This document shows, one piece after another, positions 19,030 through 29,430 of a DNA stretch of 64,000 nucleotides. The position numbers and the translations under genes were made by a program. This DNA is from Clostridiales bacterium (GTDB taxonomy: Bacteria; Bacillota; Clostridia; Christensenellales; JAISNN01). Numbering within the stretch: the stretch's first letter is position 1; each line of letters begins with the position of its first letter. A model generated the notes under the pieces. The model ran no database searches, had not been told where the DNA came from, and saw only the letters and a list, made by a program, of their open reading frames with translations. Where the stretch lies: NCBI GenBank assembly GCA_031276195.1, contig JAISNN010000032.1:5863-69862 (forward strand). Direction: 5' to 3'.

Positions 19030-20997
19030 ATGAAAATATTTTCTAAACGGATTTTATGTGTTTTGCTCGCCCTTACCGTCGTACTCTTTGCGGCAGGCTG
19101 CGAGCCGAAGACAAATATGCCCGGAATCAGCATTTCGGGCGACGGTTATATTGTCGTGGACGGCGTGAGAACCGTCAAGATCAAAGGAGAGGGCGGAAAG
19201 GACGGCGTAAACGGAAAGGACGGCGTAAACGGAACCGACGGCGTTAGTCCCAAAGGCGAGACGGGCGATCCCGGCGCGAAAGGACCGGACGGCGACCAAG
19301 GTCCGAAGGGCGGCGACGGCAAGAACGGAGCAAGTCCTAAGGGCGATCCGGGCGGTACGGGTATCCCCGGCATCCCCGGCACTAAAGGCGAAACGGGCGA
19401 TCCCGGCGCGCAAGGTCAGAAAGGTAATGACGGCGCACCCGGCGCGAAAGGTCCGAAAGGCGACGACGGCGCACCCGGCGCGCAAGGTCCGCAAGGCGAT
19501 CGGGGCAATGAGGGCGAGACGGGCGATCCGGGCGAAACCGCGTACGAGATATACAGAAAATATAACCCCGACTATACGGCGGGCGAAACGCAATGGTACA
19601 AAGACCTAAAGACCGGAATCTTGGCGGTGTATAACTATCCGCTCGTCGAAAACGGCACGCTCAAAGACGCTTCAACCGCCGCCGGAACGGTAAGCCCAAG
19701 CGGAGAATATCTCAACTTTTCAAACGCGAGACTGAGTTTCGCGAATTTGACCGTGATTAAAAAATCGGGAGGAGCGGCGCAAACGTTGACGAATACCGCC
19801 GTCGTTCCCGTTACTTCCGAATCGAAATGGAGCGTCGAAATCGAAGGAATCTTGGGGGAAAGCGACGGACAACAGTTTTTGGCAAGTACGTCCTCGAATA
19901 TCGATAAAAAAATATACGTCGGAAGCAACTATTCAAAAGGCGCGATATATATCGGCGTCCGCTTGGGCGGTGACAATTATAACTATACATGGCAGCTGCC
20001 GAATAAAGAAGTTATGAAGACGAACCAAAAATATGTCGTCAGTTTCGACGGCGAACAGTTCTATCTCTCGTTAAACGACGGTGAAAAAATGAGAATGAAC
20101 GGGCTCATGCTCAACGGCGGCAGTCTTTTTAACGCCGGAGGTGCGCTTTCGTCGAAAGAACTTTTGACGAAAATCGTCGCCGTAACGGGACAAAAATTCT
20201 TTAAATTGACCGCCGCGGGCAGCGAGGGTTTTCTTATCGGCGGAGCGAAAATCAAAACCTTTAAGATCAAAACGTCGCACCTTTTGGAGTATGCCGAATT
20301 GAACGGAACGCATCCGCTCGCAAGTAAAAATATATATTATCTCGGTTCGTCGATTACGAGAGGGTATGTTACGGATGGTCAGTCGTTTGCCGATCATATA
20401 AAAGCAATTACCGGCAACACATTCACAAAGAGTGCGGTTGATTCAACGACATTGACATTAGGCGCTTGCGCGTATGAATCAATGTATCCGAAAAGAGAAT
20501 ATACGAGAAGACTTGACAGATCGGCGGATGGCGATAATCTTCCCGTGATAGCCGACGGGAAACCCGATTTTCTAATCGTACAGTTTAGTACGAACGATTT
20601 TAAAAACGGCGCTGCACTCGGGTATGTAACCGATAATTCAAAGAAAAGCGTAGGTGATATGAATCTAAATACAATCTTGGGATCTATTGAATATATCATA
20701 GCATACACAAAACAGCAATCACCCACCACAAGAGTTTTATTCGTTGCGGGTCCGGTAAGCGCCGGGAGCGGCTTTTCGGCTGGAGCTAAAAGCACTTATG
20801 AGAGTACGTTAAACGTTCTGAAAACTACTTTGGTAGAAAAGTGGAGTGCCGAAGGGTTCGGTGTAATCGATATACACAACGCCGACTTTATAAATCTCGG
20901 ATCGGTGACGTATTGGTCGGACGAGATTCACCCGCATTCAAAGGGCTATTGGGGCGTGTTTGTTCCGAATATGATCGAATATCTTTTGTATTGCTGA
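19030..20997 (+). CDS. Collagen-like lipoprotein with C-terminal SGNH/GDSL hydrolase domain
   Basis: RBS GGAGGA before ATG 19030; 'LFAAGC' lipobox; Gly-X-Y repeats; SGNH blocks 'YLGSSIT', 'STNDF', 'DEIHP'. Confidence 0.8.
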   Translation: MKIFSKRILCVLLALTVVLFAAGCEPKTNMPGISISGDGYIVVDGVRTVKIKGEGGKDGVNGKDGVNGTDGVSPKGETGDPGAKGPDGDQGPKGGDGKNGASPKGDPGGTGIPGIPGTKGETGDPGAQGQKGNDGAPGAKGPKGDDGAPGAQGPQGDRGNEGETGDPGETAYEIYRKYNPDYTAGETQWYKDLKTGILAVYNYPLVENGTLKDASTAAGTVSPSGEYLNFSNARLSFANLTVIKKSGGAAQTLTNTAVVPVTSESKWSVEIEGILGESDGQQFLASTSSNIDKKIYVGSNYSKGAIYIGVRLGGDNYNYTWQLPNKEVMKTNQKYVVSFDGEQFYLSLNDGEKMRMNGLMLNGGSLFNAGGALSSKELLTKIVAVTGQKFFKLTAAGSEGFLIGGAKIKTFKIKTSHLLEYAELNGTHPLASKNIYYLGSSITRGYVTDGQSFADHIKAITGNTFTKSAVDSTTLTLGACAYESMYPKREYTRRLDRSADGDNLPVIADGKPDFLIVQFSTNDFKNGAALGYVTDNSKKSVGDMNLNTILGSIEYIIAYTKQQSPTTRVLFVAGPVSAGSGFSAGAKSTYESTLNVLKTTLVEKWSAEGFGVIDIHNADFINLGSVTYWSDEIHPHSKGYWGVFVPNMIEYLLYC

Positions 20998-21239
20998 TAA
21001 ACGGTTGTAAAATTAAGTCTAATTATAAAAAAGATCCGACGTTGTTTTATCGGGTCTTTTTTTGAGCAGTTTGGGTTAAAGACGTTTTCAATCGGGGAAA
21101 TACGCGCCGCCGCCGCAAAAATCGTGAAATAAAGGCAAAAAAAACGAAAAGTTTTAGGAATGTTTGATAACCGACCTTGTTTTGCTTGCTAAAATTTTCG
21201 TTTTATATTAGAATTATACGGCGGTAAGGATAGACGCAA

Positions 21240-21545
21240 AATTAACCGGCATACAAAAAAAGAAACCGGCGTACAAAAAAATATCGGAATGCCGGAAAAA
21301 ACCGGCGGATATACGAAAAAAAACGCTTAGAATGCCGGGAAAATTAAAAAACGGTTTGGTATATAAAAATTAACCGGCATACAAAAAAAAGAAACCGGCG
21401 GACAAAAAAATATCGGAATGCCGGAAAAAACCGGCGGATATACGAAAAAAAACGCTTAGAATGCCGGGAAAATTAAAAAACGGTTTGGTATATAAAAATT
21501 AACCGGCATACAAAAAAAGAAACCGGCGGACAAAAAACGCTTAGA
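21240..21545. repeat. Intergenic tandem repeat (~128 bp period, ~2.4 copies)
   Basis: AATTAACCGGCATACAAAAAA recurs at ~21240, ~21368 and ~21497. Confidence 0.85.
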
Positions 21546-21629
21546 ACGCCGTAAAAGTGAAAAAAACAATTTCAACAAAAAATAATTAACATAAAAAAAA
21601 TTTTTAAGAAAGTTGCGGGAGGTTTATCA

Positions 21630-24263
21630 ATGGCTGAAAAAAAATATGTTTATCTTTTTTCCGAAGCGGAGGGGGGCAAAGAGGCTAAGGCTCTTTTCGG
21701 AGGAAAAGGCGCGAATCTTGCGGAAATGACGAGGCTGGGAATGCCCGTGCCTCAGGGTTTCACGATCACGACGGAGGCTTGTACGAAATACTACGCCGAC
21801 GGCGAAAAAATTTCGGACGGCATAAAGGCGCAAATCTTTGAGAAACTCGCCGAAGTCGAAAAACAGCAGGGCAAAAAATTCGGAGACAAGGAAAATCCCT
21901 ATCTCGTTTCCGTCCGTTCGGGGGCGAGAGCGTCGATGCCGGGCATGATGGACACGATCTTGAACCTCGGACTGAACGACGTTTCGGTCGAGGGGCTGGC
22001 GAAACAGACGGGAAATCCGCGTTTCGCGTACGACTGCTACAGACGCTTTATCCAGATGTACAGCGACGTCGTTTGCGGAGTCGAAAAATCGCACTTTGAA
22101 AAATATATCGACGAATATAAGGCGGAACTTAACATCAAAAGCGACACGGAATTCACCGCCGAAAATCTCAAAGTCTTGATCGGCAAGTATAAGGCTTTTT
22201 ATAAAAAAGAAAAGAAATCCGACTTTCCGCAAGACCCGAAAGAGCAGTTGATCGGGGCGGTCGAGGCGGTTTTCCGTTCGTGGAACAATCCGCGCGCCAA
22301 CGTTTACCGCAGAATGAACGACATTCCGTCGAGTTGGGGAACGGCGGTCAACGTCCAATCGATGGTTTTCGGAAATATGGGCGACACCTCCGGCACGGGC
22401 GTGGCGTTCACGAGAAACCCTTCGACGGGCGAAAACAAACTCTACGGCGAATTTTTGCTCAACGCGCAGGGCGAGGACGTCGTCGCGGGAATCAGAACTC
22501 CGCTCAAAATCGAAAAATTGAAGGAAATCAATCCCGAAGCGTATAACCAATTCGTCGAAATCTCGTCCAAATTGGAAAATCACTATAAAGATATGCAGGA
22601 TATGGAGTTCACCATAGAAAAGGGCAAACTCTATATGCTCCAAACCAGAAACGGAAAAAGAGCCGCCGCCGCCGCCGCGAAGATCGCGGTCGATCTCGTG
22701 AAAGAGGGCAAAATCACCGAGAAAGACGCTCTCTTGCAGATCGATTCAAAGCAGTTGGATTCGCTTTTGCATTCCCGTTTCGAGGCGAGCGCGCTCAAAG
22801 CCGCAAAGCCGATAGGACACGGGCTTCCGGCGTCGCCGGGCGCCGCGCAGGGCAAGATCTGTTTCAGTCAGGAGGAGGCTTTGGAAAAAGCCAAAGAAGG
22901 CAAGGTCATTTTGGTCAGACTCGAAACCTCACCCGAGGACATCGAAGGAATGAACGTCGCCGAGGGACTTTTGACCGCGAGGGGCGGCATGACGTCGCAC
23001 GCGGCGGTGGTCGCCAGAGGTATGGGGAAATGCTGCGTCGCGGGCTGCGACGCTCTCGTCATAAACGAAGAGGAAAAAACCCTCAAAATCGGAGACAAAA
23101 CCTATACGGGCGAGGACAGTCTGTCGCTTGACGGCACGACGGGAAACATCTACGCGGGCAATATCCCCGTCGTTCCCCCGATCCTCCCCGACGACTACTA
23201 TACCATTATGTCGTGGGCGGATAAGTATAAGGCTCTCGCCGTCAGAACCAACGCCGACACCCCCGCCGACGCAAAACAAGCGGTCGAATTCGGCGCGCAG
23301 GGAATCGGTCTTTGCAGAACCGAGCATATGTTTTTCGCGGAGGACAGAATCGCCGCGGTCAGAGAGATGATTCTCTCGAAAAACGTTACGGACAGAAAAA
23401 AGGCTTTGGCAAAAATTCTTCCGATGCAAAGAGAGGACTTTATCGGCATATACGAGGCTATGGGCGACCGTCCCGTAACCATAAGATATTTGGATCCCCC
23501 CCTGCACGAATTTTTGCCGCATAAAGACGAGGAAATCGCCGATCTCGCGAAAGAAATGGGCGTTTCGTTCGACGAATTAAAGGCGACGGTCGCGAGTCTT
23601 CACGAATTCAACCCGATGATGGGGCACAGAGGCTGCCGTTTGTCCGTTTCGTTCCCCGAAATCGCCGAAATGCAGACGCGCGCGGTCATAGAGGCGGCGA
23701 TCGCCGTCGGCAAAAAGGGCATAAAGGTCAAGCCCGAGATTATGATTCCGCTTGTGGGCGACGTAAAGGAATTTAAATTCGTAAAGGATATCGTGGACAA
23801 AACGGCGGCGGAAGTTTTGAAAGAAAAGAACGTTTCGATAGAGTATTCCGTAGGCACGATGATCGAGATTCCGAGAGCCGCGCTTTTGGCGGACGAAATC
23901 GCGGCGGAGGCGGCGTTTTTCTCCTTCGGAACGAACGATTTGACGCAGATGACCTTCGGATTCAGCCGCGACGACGCCGGGAAATTCCTTGCGGACTACT
24001 ACGATAAAAAGATTTTCGAGAGCGATCCGTTCGCCAGACTCGACCAAAACGGCGTGGGTAAACTCGTCAAAATGGCTTCCGATCTCGGGAAATCGGTCAA
24101 TCCGAAAATCAAACTCGGAATTTGCGGCGAACACGGCGGCGATCCGTCGTCCGTGGAGTTTTGCCATAAGATCGGCTTGAATTATGTCTCTTGCTCGCCG
24201 TTCAGAGTGCCGATCGCCAGACTTGCCGCCGCGCAAGCGAATATTAATTTTCCGAGAGGCTGA
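21630..24263 (+). CDS. ppdK: Pyruvate, phosphate dikinase
   Basis: 'GGKGANLAEM', 'SVRSGARASMPGMMDT', phospho-His motif 'GGMTSHAAVVARG', 'GICGEHGG'; 877 aa. Confidence 0.98.
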   Translation: MAEKKYVYLFSEAEGGKEAKALFGGKGANLAEMTRLGMPVPQGFTITTEACTKYYADGEKISDGIKAQIFEKLAEVEKQQGKKFGDKENPYLVSVRSGARASMPGMMDTILNLGLNDVSVEGLAKQTGNPRFAYDCYRRFIQMYSDVVCGVEKSHFEKYIDEYKAELNIKSDTEFTAENLKVLIGKYKAFYKKEKKSDFPQDPKEQLIGAVEAVFRSWNNPRANVYRRMNDIPSSWGTAVNVQSMVFGNMGDTSGTGVAFTRNPSTGENKLYGEFLLNAQGEDVVAGIRTPLKIEKLKEINPEAYNQFVEISSKLENHYKDMQDMEFTIEKGKLYMLQTRNGKRAAAAAAKIAVDLVKEGKITEKDALLQIDSKQLDSLLHSRFEASALKAAKPIGHGLPASPGAAQGKICFSQEEALEKAKEGKVILVRLETSPEDIEGMNVAEGLLTARGGMTSHAAVVARGMGKCCVAGCDALVINEEEKTLKIGDKTYTGEDSLSLDGTTGNIYAGNIPVVPPILPDDYYTIMSWADKYKALAVRTNADTPADAKQAVEFGAQGIGLCRTEHMFFAEDRIAAVREMILSKNVTDRKKALAKILPMQREDFIGIYEAMGDRPVTIRYLDPPLHEFLPHKDEEIADLAKEMGVSFDELKATVASLHEFNPMMGHRGCRLSVSFPEIAEMQTRAVIEAAIAVGKKGIKVKPEIMIPLVGDVKEFKFVKDIVDKTAAEVLKEKNVSIEYSVGTMIEIPRAALLADEIAAEAAFFSFGTNDLTQMTFGFSRDDAGKFLADYYDKKIFESDPFARLDQNGVGKLVKMASDLGKSVNPKIKLGICGEHGGDPSSVEFCHKIGLNYVSCSPFRVPIARLAAAQANINFPRG

Positions 24264-24507
24264 TTTCCGAAAGGTCAGGACGACGCCTTGATCGGAATAT
24301 TATCAGATTAAAACGGTATTAGAATCCGCGCGCGTAAATTTAAAATAGACTTTTTGACCGGTTTTAATTTATGCGCGTAGGTTATTAATACAAAAATATA
24401 TGTAAATTTATATCAATTCGCTTGCAAAAATTTTGAGTATGTGTTAATATATTCGGGTAAATTTAGCAAAACTATGATAAATTCGATAGAATTTTAAGGA
24501 GAAAGAC

Positions 24508-24786
24508 GTGCCTCAGATCAAATCGCAGATAAAAAGAGTAAAAATTACCGCAATAGAGAACGATAGAAACGCCGCTAAAAGAAGCAGGGTTAAAAATATC
24601 GTCAAAAAATATAACGCCGTAATCGACGCGAAAGACGCCGCCGCCGCCGAAACGCTTTTGAGAGAAGCGGTCGGAGTCATCGAGAGCGCGTATCTCGACG
24701 GAATCTATAAGAGAAATACCGCGTCGAGAAAAATTTCCGCGCTTTCAAAAAAACTCTCGGCGTTGAAAAAAAACGCGGAAGCGTAA
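24508..24786 (+). CDS. rpsT: 30S ribosomal protein S20
   Basis: 'PQIKSQIKRVK...N...RSRVK...GIYKRNTASRKIS'. Confidence 0.93.
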   Translation: MPQIKSQIKRVKITAIENDRNAAKRSRVKNIVKKYNAVIDAKDAAAAETLLREAVGVIESAYLDGIYKRNTASRKISALSKKLSALKKNAEA

Positions 24787-25412
24787 AATCAAAACCGGTC
24801 GGTTTGAATTTCCGCCTTTTAAAAAAAACTTCCGCGGTAGAAAGCGCGGAGGCGTAAAACTTACCCGTTTGTTTTGAAGGGCGGATTTAAAGGTTCGGCT
24901 GGCGCGGTTTAAGAATACGCGCAATAGTTATAGCAAAAATAAGGAAGAGTCTTGCGTTTTTTACGGGAAACGCAAGGCTTTTTTGCGTTGTTTTTTATGG
25001 ACTTCATTTAAAATAAAGAATGCGGAAGAAAAATTTTTTTTAAAAAAAGTTTTATTCCGCGCCCTTTTTGAAAAACTTTCCGTGATTTTGCGGCGTTAAC
25101 GATGCGGTCTAAATATATAGCGGATATATTTTTTGTCATACTAATGTTCGATTTAAAAGTTTAACCGCTATATATCACTTTACTTTTTCAAAGAATTATG
25201 TTATTCTTAAAGTGCGGAAAACTAAGAACCCGCATATGTGAATTAAAAGGGATATCGTTATGAAAACTAAGAACCCGCATATGTGAATTAAAAAGGAAGA
25301 GTATTCCGCTTTAAGAATATACGATTTTAAAATATATAACGGGCGAAAACTAAAAAGAACGTCATACCGCTTTCAAAATACACAATTTCAAAATACGGAG
25401 GATTTAAAAAAG

Positions 25413-25742
25413 ATGGGTCTTTTCGGTAAAAAGCCGGGTGGCGCGGCAATCGATGAATTTTGGTCGTTTTTTAAAAAAATATCTCCCGACATAACGGGCG
25501 GTTTCTCCGATAACGCGTCGATTTCACGCGTACTTCAAGCCGTAGATGCCGCCCTCTCTAAGATCTGTCCGAAATACGCGGGACGGTTTGAATTTGAATT
25601 CGGCTTACACCAAAACGGTTCGAAATATGAATTTTATTTTTTTCATTTGAGAAAACCGACGCTTGCCGCGCTTGCGCGCGCTTTAAAAAGACGTATGCCG
25701 GAATCGCTTAAAGCGAAATGGAATTTTATAATCGGGGCGTGA
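25413..25742 (+). CDS. Hypothetical protein
   Basis: 109-aa ORF with RBS GGAGG; 'IDEFWSFF...FEFG' pattern, no confident family. Confidence 0.6.
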   Translation: MGLFGKKPGGAAIDEFWSFFKKISPDITGGFSDNASISRVLQAVDAALSKICPKYAGRFEFEFGLHQNGSKYEFYFFHLRKPTLAALARALKRRMPESLKAKWNFIIGA

Positions 25743-25780
25743 AAAGCGCGCGGTGATTAATTTTTTTTAAAATAATCGAT

Positions 25781-25815
25781 CGCCCCACCCCTGACCCCTC
25801 CCACGGAGGGGAATT
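25781..25815. repeat. REP-like palindromic element
   Basis: CGCCCCACCCCTGACCCCTCCCACGGAGGGGAATT. Confidence 0.75.
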
Positions 25816-25935
25816 ACGCCCGGATACGACTTGAAATGATATAAAAAACTTATATGAAAACATTATGTAAAGAATTCTATATGAAAAATACATAAAGACG
25901 CAACCTGAAAAATCGCGAAATAAGCATAGAAATAT

Positions 25936-26150
25936 ATAAAAAACAAGCGAAAAACGTATAAAAAACAAGCGAAAAACGTATAAAAAACAAGCGAAAAACG
26001 TATAAAAAACAAGCGAAAAACGTATAAAAAACAAGCGAAAAACGTATAAAAAAACGGCGGAAAACGTATAAAAAAACGGCGGAAAAGGCATAAAAAACAA
26101 GCGAAAAACGTGTAAAAAAACGGCGGAAAAGACATAAAAACAAGCGTAAA
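25936..26150. repeat. 22-bp minisatellite (ATAAAAAACAAGCGAAAAACGT x5 perfect plus degenerate copies)
   Basis: Head-to-tail units without spacers at 25936-26045, then decayed units. Confidence 0.9.
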
Positions 26151-26221
26151 AAAATAAAAAAAACAAGCAAATCACAAAAAAACATAAAAAAACCGACGAA
26201 TAATATTTGGAGATTTGATTT

Positions 26222-28108
26222 ATGAAGCTTGACTACAAAAAAACGATCAAGGTCGGCACGGCTTTCGCGATTATTATGGTGTTTTGGACGTCCTACGACT
26301 ATGTTGTGCCGCTCCTGTTAGAAAACGCTTTCGGGCTTTCCAACAGTATGCGCGGACTGATTATGGGCTTGGACAACCTGCTTTCGCTGTTTATGCTTCC
26401 GCTTTTCGGCAGAATTTCCGACAAACTTGTTTCAAAATACGGGAAACGCACCCCCTTTATCGTCGCCGGGACGCTCGTTTCCGCCGCGCTGATGATTTTT
26501 GTTCCCGTGTCCGCCGGGCGGCAGTTAAACGACGCGATGAATCTCCGCTATGAGATCACGGCGACTTTCGCCGCGGACGGAAGTTATCTCGCCGGCTACG
26601 CATACCAAAGCCGCGACGGCGTTCTCGCGCTGAACGGAAACGGCGTTACGGAATACAAAGGCGCGGACGGGAAGGTCTATACGGGCGCGGACGCGGTGTA
26701 CTCTATGCTGTATGAAAAGGGAAAGGGGACGGACGGCGTAAGCGGAAACGCCGACTACTGCGACTATCAATTCCTCAAAGCAAACGGAATCGATTTTGAA
26801 AAGTATATGGAAATCGCTCAAAACGGCGCGGCGGGCGCGAAAACCGCCGACGACGGCAAGACAAAATTTACCTTTTCGGACGATTACATAAAATATGTCA
26901 AGACGGGTATCAACAACTACGCGAGCGACGAGGTGTACGAGACGATCACCAAACAAAACGTGGGTACGCTCGTCGTATATATGGTGATATTGTTCTTTGT
27001 TCTCGTGGCTATGGCGGTGTTCAGAAGTCCCGCAGTCGCGCTTATGCCCGACGTAACGCCCAAACCCCTCAGAAGCCAGGCGAACGCTATGATCAGTTTG
27101 GTAGGCGGCGCGGGAGGGGCGGTCGCTTTCTTGATATATACGATCGTTTTGTCCGTCAACCCGACGGCGTATACGCTTGTTTTCGGACTGGTCGCGCTCT
27201 CGATGCTGCTGCTGCTTGCCGCGTATTTGAGGTTTGTCAAGGAAAATAAACTCGTCGCGGAATGCGAGGCTCTCTGCGCCGAATACGGAATCAACGACGG
27301 CGGCGAAAACGACGAAGCGGAAAATGCCGCGTTAGGGAATCCCGAAAATAAAAAAGAAAACGTCGGATTTAAGAATTCCGAAAGCAAAGCGGCAAGCGCG
27401 GAATTAAAGAATTCCGAAAACAAAAAAGAAAATACCGCGTTAAATAATGCGGAAAATAAAACGGACGCGCCCTCAAAAAGGCTTAAAAAAGCGAAATTTA
27501 TATCCTTTTTGTTGATTCTCGCTTCGATTTTTATGTGGTTTTTGGGCTATAACGCCGTGCAGTCAAACCTCTCGATATTCTTGACGAAAACACTCGGGCT
27601 GGGCGCGGGGATAGGCGGTTTGGTTTCGGGGCTTTCGATGGGAATTTCCGCCGTCGCCTTTATCCCCGTCGGAATGCTCGCCGTCAAAATCGGACGCAGA
27701 AAGTCTATTATATGCGGCTTTATACTCGCGGTCGTCTCATTTATGATGATCTATTTCTTCGCCGCCAACGCGGGGGGCGCGGTCGCCGTACTGTTCACGG
27801 TTTTTTATCTCCTCGCGGGTTTCGGGCTGATCATAGCGAACGTCAATACCTTTCCTATGGTCGTCGAACTTTCGACAAAAGATAAGGTAGGACGCTATAC
27901 GGGCTTTTATTATACGGCGACGATGAGCGCGCAGGCGGTAACACCCTTTATCGCGGGGCTGGTTATGGATGCGGCGGCGGATAAATATTTGTTTTTGTAT
28001 GCCGCGGCTTGCGTCGTCGCAGCGATCGTCTTGATGTTCTTTGTCAAACACGGCGACAGCAAGGCGATCCCTCCGAAATCGAAAATCGAAATGATCGGAG
28101 GGGATTGA
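26222..28108 (+). CDS. MFS transporter (maltose/sucrose, SLC45/MalT-like) with large loop insertions
   Basis: 'GRISDKLVSKYGKRTPFI', 'RSPAVALMPDVTPKPLRSQAN', 'KIGRRKSI'; about 12 TM segments. Confidence 0.85.
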   Translation: MKLDYKKTIKVGTAFAIIMVFWTSYDYVVPLLLENAFGLSNSMRGLIMGLDNLLSLFMLPLFGRISDKLVSKYGKRTPFIVAGTLVSAALMIFVPVSAGRQLNDAMNLRYEITATFAADGSYLAGYAYQSRDGVLALNGNGVTEYKGADGKVYTGADAVYSMLYEKGKGTDGVSGNADYCDYQFLKANGIDFEKYMEIAQNGAAGAKTADDGKTKFTFSDDYIKYVKTGINNYASDEVYETITKQNVGTLVVYMVILFFVLVAMAVFRSPAVALMPDVTPKPLRSQANAMISLVGGAGGAVAFLIYTIVLSVNPTAYTLVFGLVALSMLLLLAAYLRFVKENKLVAECEALCAEYGINDGGENDEAENAALGNPENKKENVGFKNSESKAASAELKNSENKKENTALNNAENKTDAPSKRLKKAKFISFLLILASIFMWFLGYNAVQSNLSIFLTKTLGLGAGIGGLVSGLSMGISAVAFIPVGMLAVKIGRRKSIICGFILAVVSFMMIYFFAANAGGAVAVLFTVFYLLAGFGLIIANVNTFPMVVELSTKDKVGRYTGFYYTATMSAQAVTPFIAGLVMDAAADKYLFLYAAACVVAAIVLMFFVKHGDSKAIPPKSKIEMIGGD

Positions 28109-28248
28109 GCAAAGCGGTCGTTATACTAATCCGTTTTCAAACTTTTAGCGTTAATATCTTAATTTTAACGTTAATATATCGTTAAAACGCGTCGCCTTTG
28201 TTTCTTATCCTTAATTGACGTAAAGGGTAAATATCAAACCGTACGTTT

Positions 28249-28286
28249 CGCCCCGCCCCTTTGATCCCCCCCCCGCGGAGGGGAAT
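28249..28286. repeat. REP-like palindromic element
   Basis: CGCCCCGCCCCTTTGATCCCCCCCCCGCGGAGGGGAAT. Confidence 0.7.
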
Positions 28287-28424
28287 AGCGGAAAACAAGT
28301 AAAATGCGGCGTGAAAATATCAAATAAAAACCGTCGAAAAAGCGGAACGCGGTAAAAAAATATCAAATAAAAAAGTCATAAAAAAAGTGAAATACGGCAC
28401 AAACAAGACTAAGGAGGGAAAGGT

Positions 28425-29105
28425 ATGTTCAAAATATTAGTCGTCGAGGACGATAAAAACATCCGCAAACTGATCGCGGGCTATTTGAAAAACGAAAATT
28501 ACTCCGTCGTCGAGGCGGCGGACGGCGAAGAGGCGATGGAAAAATTTCTCGGCGAATTTTTCGATATGGTGGTTACGGATATTATGATGCCGTATATGAG
28601 CGGAACCGAACTTTGCGCGAAAATCAGAAAGAATAATAAGGACATCCCCATTCTTATGCTGACCGCGAAAGGCGCGTTGGAGGACAAAAAAGAGGGCTTC
28701 AAAAGCGGCGCGGACGACTATATGGTCAAGCCTATCGATATGGACGAGATGGTTTTGAGGGTGCGCGCCCTTATGCGGCGGAGTAAAAACGCGCTGGACA
28801 AGATCATAAAGGTCAATAACGTCGTCATAAACTACGAAAATCTCACCGTAACGTCGGGAGATAAGGTCATCGAAATGCCGAAAAAAGAATTTCAACTGAT
28901 GTTTAAATTGGTTTCGACGCCCGACAGAATCTTTACGAGAATGCAGCTTATGGACGAGATTTGGGGGTATGACAGCGAGAGCGACGACAGAACGGTGGAC
29001 GTGCATATCAAGAGAATACGCGAAAAATTGGCGGATATCGACGACTTTGAAATCGTTACGATCAGAGGATTGGGGTATAAGGGCGCGATCAGACGTAAAA
29101 ATTAA
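28425..29105 (+). CDS. OmpR-family response regulator (HssR-like)
   Basis: 'VVEDD...TDIMMP...LTAK...GADDYMVKP...RTVDVHIKRIREK...RGLGY'. Confidence 0.93.
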   Translation: MFKILVVEDDKNIRKLIAGYLKNENYSVVEAADGEEAMEKFLGEFFDMVVTDIMMPYMSGTELCAKIRKNNKDIPILMLTAKGALEDKKEGFKSGADDYMVKPIDMDEMVLRVRALMRRSKNALDKIIKVNNVVINYENLTVTSGDKVIEMPKKEFQLMFKLVSTPDRIFTRMQLMDEIWGYDSESDDRTVDVHIKRIREKLADIDDFEIVTIRGLGYKGAIRRKN

Positions 29106-29134
29106 CGATAGAATACCCGTTATACCGTTAAACG

Positions 29135-29410
29135 GCGCGGTAAAGTGCAAAAATAAAAGAAAAAAGGCTTTTCGGCGTTTTGAATTATAAAAAAAACGCG
29201 GTGAAAAGCGCGGTAAGAAACGGATACTAAAAGAAAAAAAGTGCTTTCGGCGTTTTGAATTCAAAAAGAGCCGCGGTGAAAAACGCGGTAAAGTGCAAAA
29301 ATAAAAGAAAAAAGGCTTTTCGGCGTTTTGAATTATAAAAAAAACGCGGTGAAAAGCGCGGTAAGAAACGAATACTAAAAGGAAAAAGTTTTTTTCGGCG
29401 TTTTGAATTC
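29135..29410. repeat. Direct duplication (~149 bp period) between regulator and kinase genes
   Basis: CGCGGTAAAGTGCAAAAATAAAAGAAAAAAGGCTTTTCGGCGTTTTGAATT... twice. Confidence 0.8.
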
Positions 29411-29430
29411 CGGAAAACGGCTTAAACGAA

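Noticed and set aside
17698-21060. tRNA-anchored genomic island
   Set aside because: No integrase and no duplicated tRNA 3' end seen; the collagen genes lie on the 5' side of the tRNA
25936-26150. Possible CRISPR array
   Set aside because: Units are head-to-tail with no unique spacers and there are no cas genes in the window; it is a minisatellite
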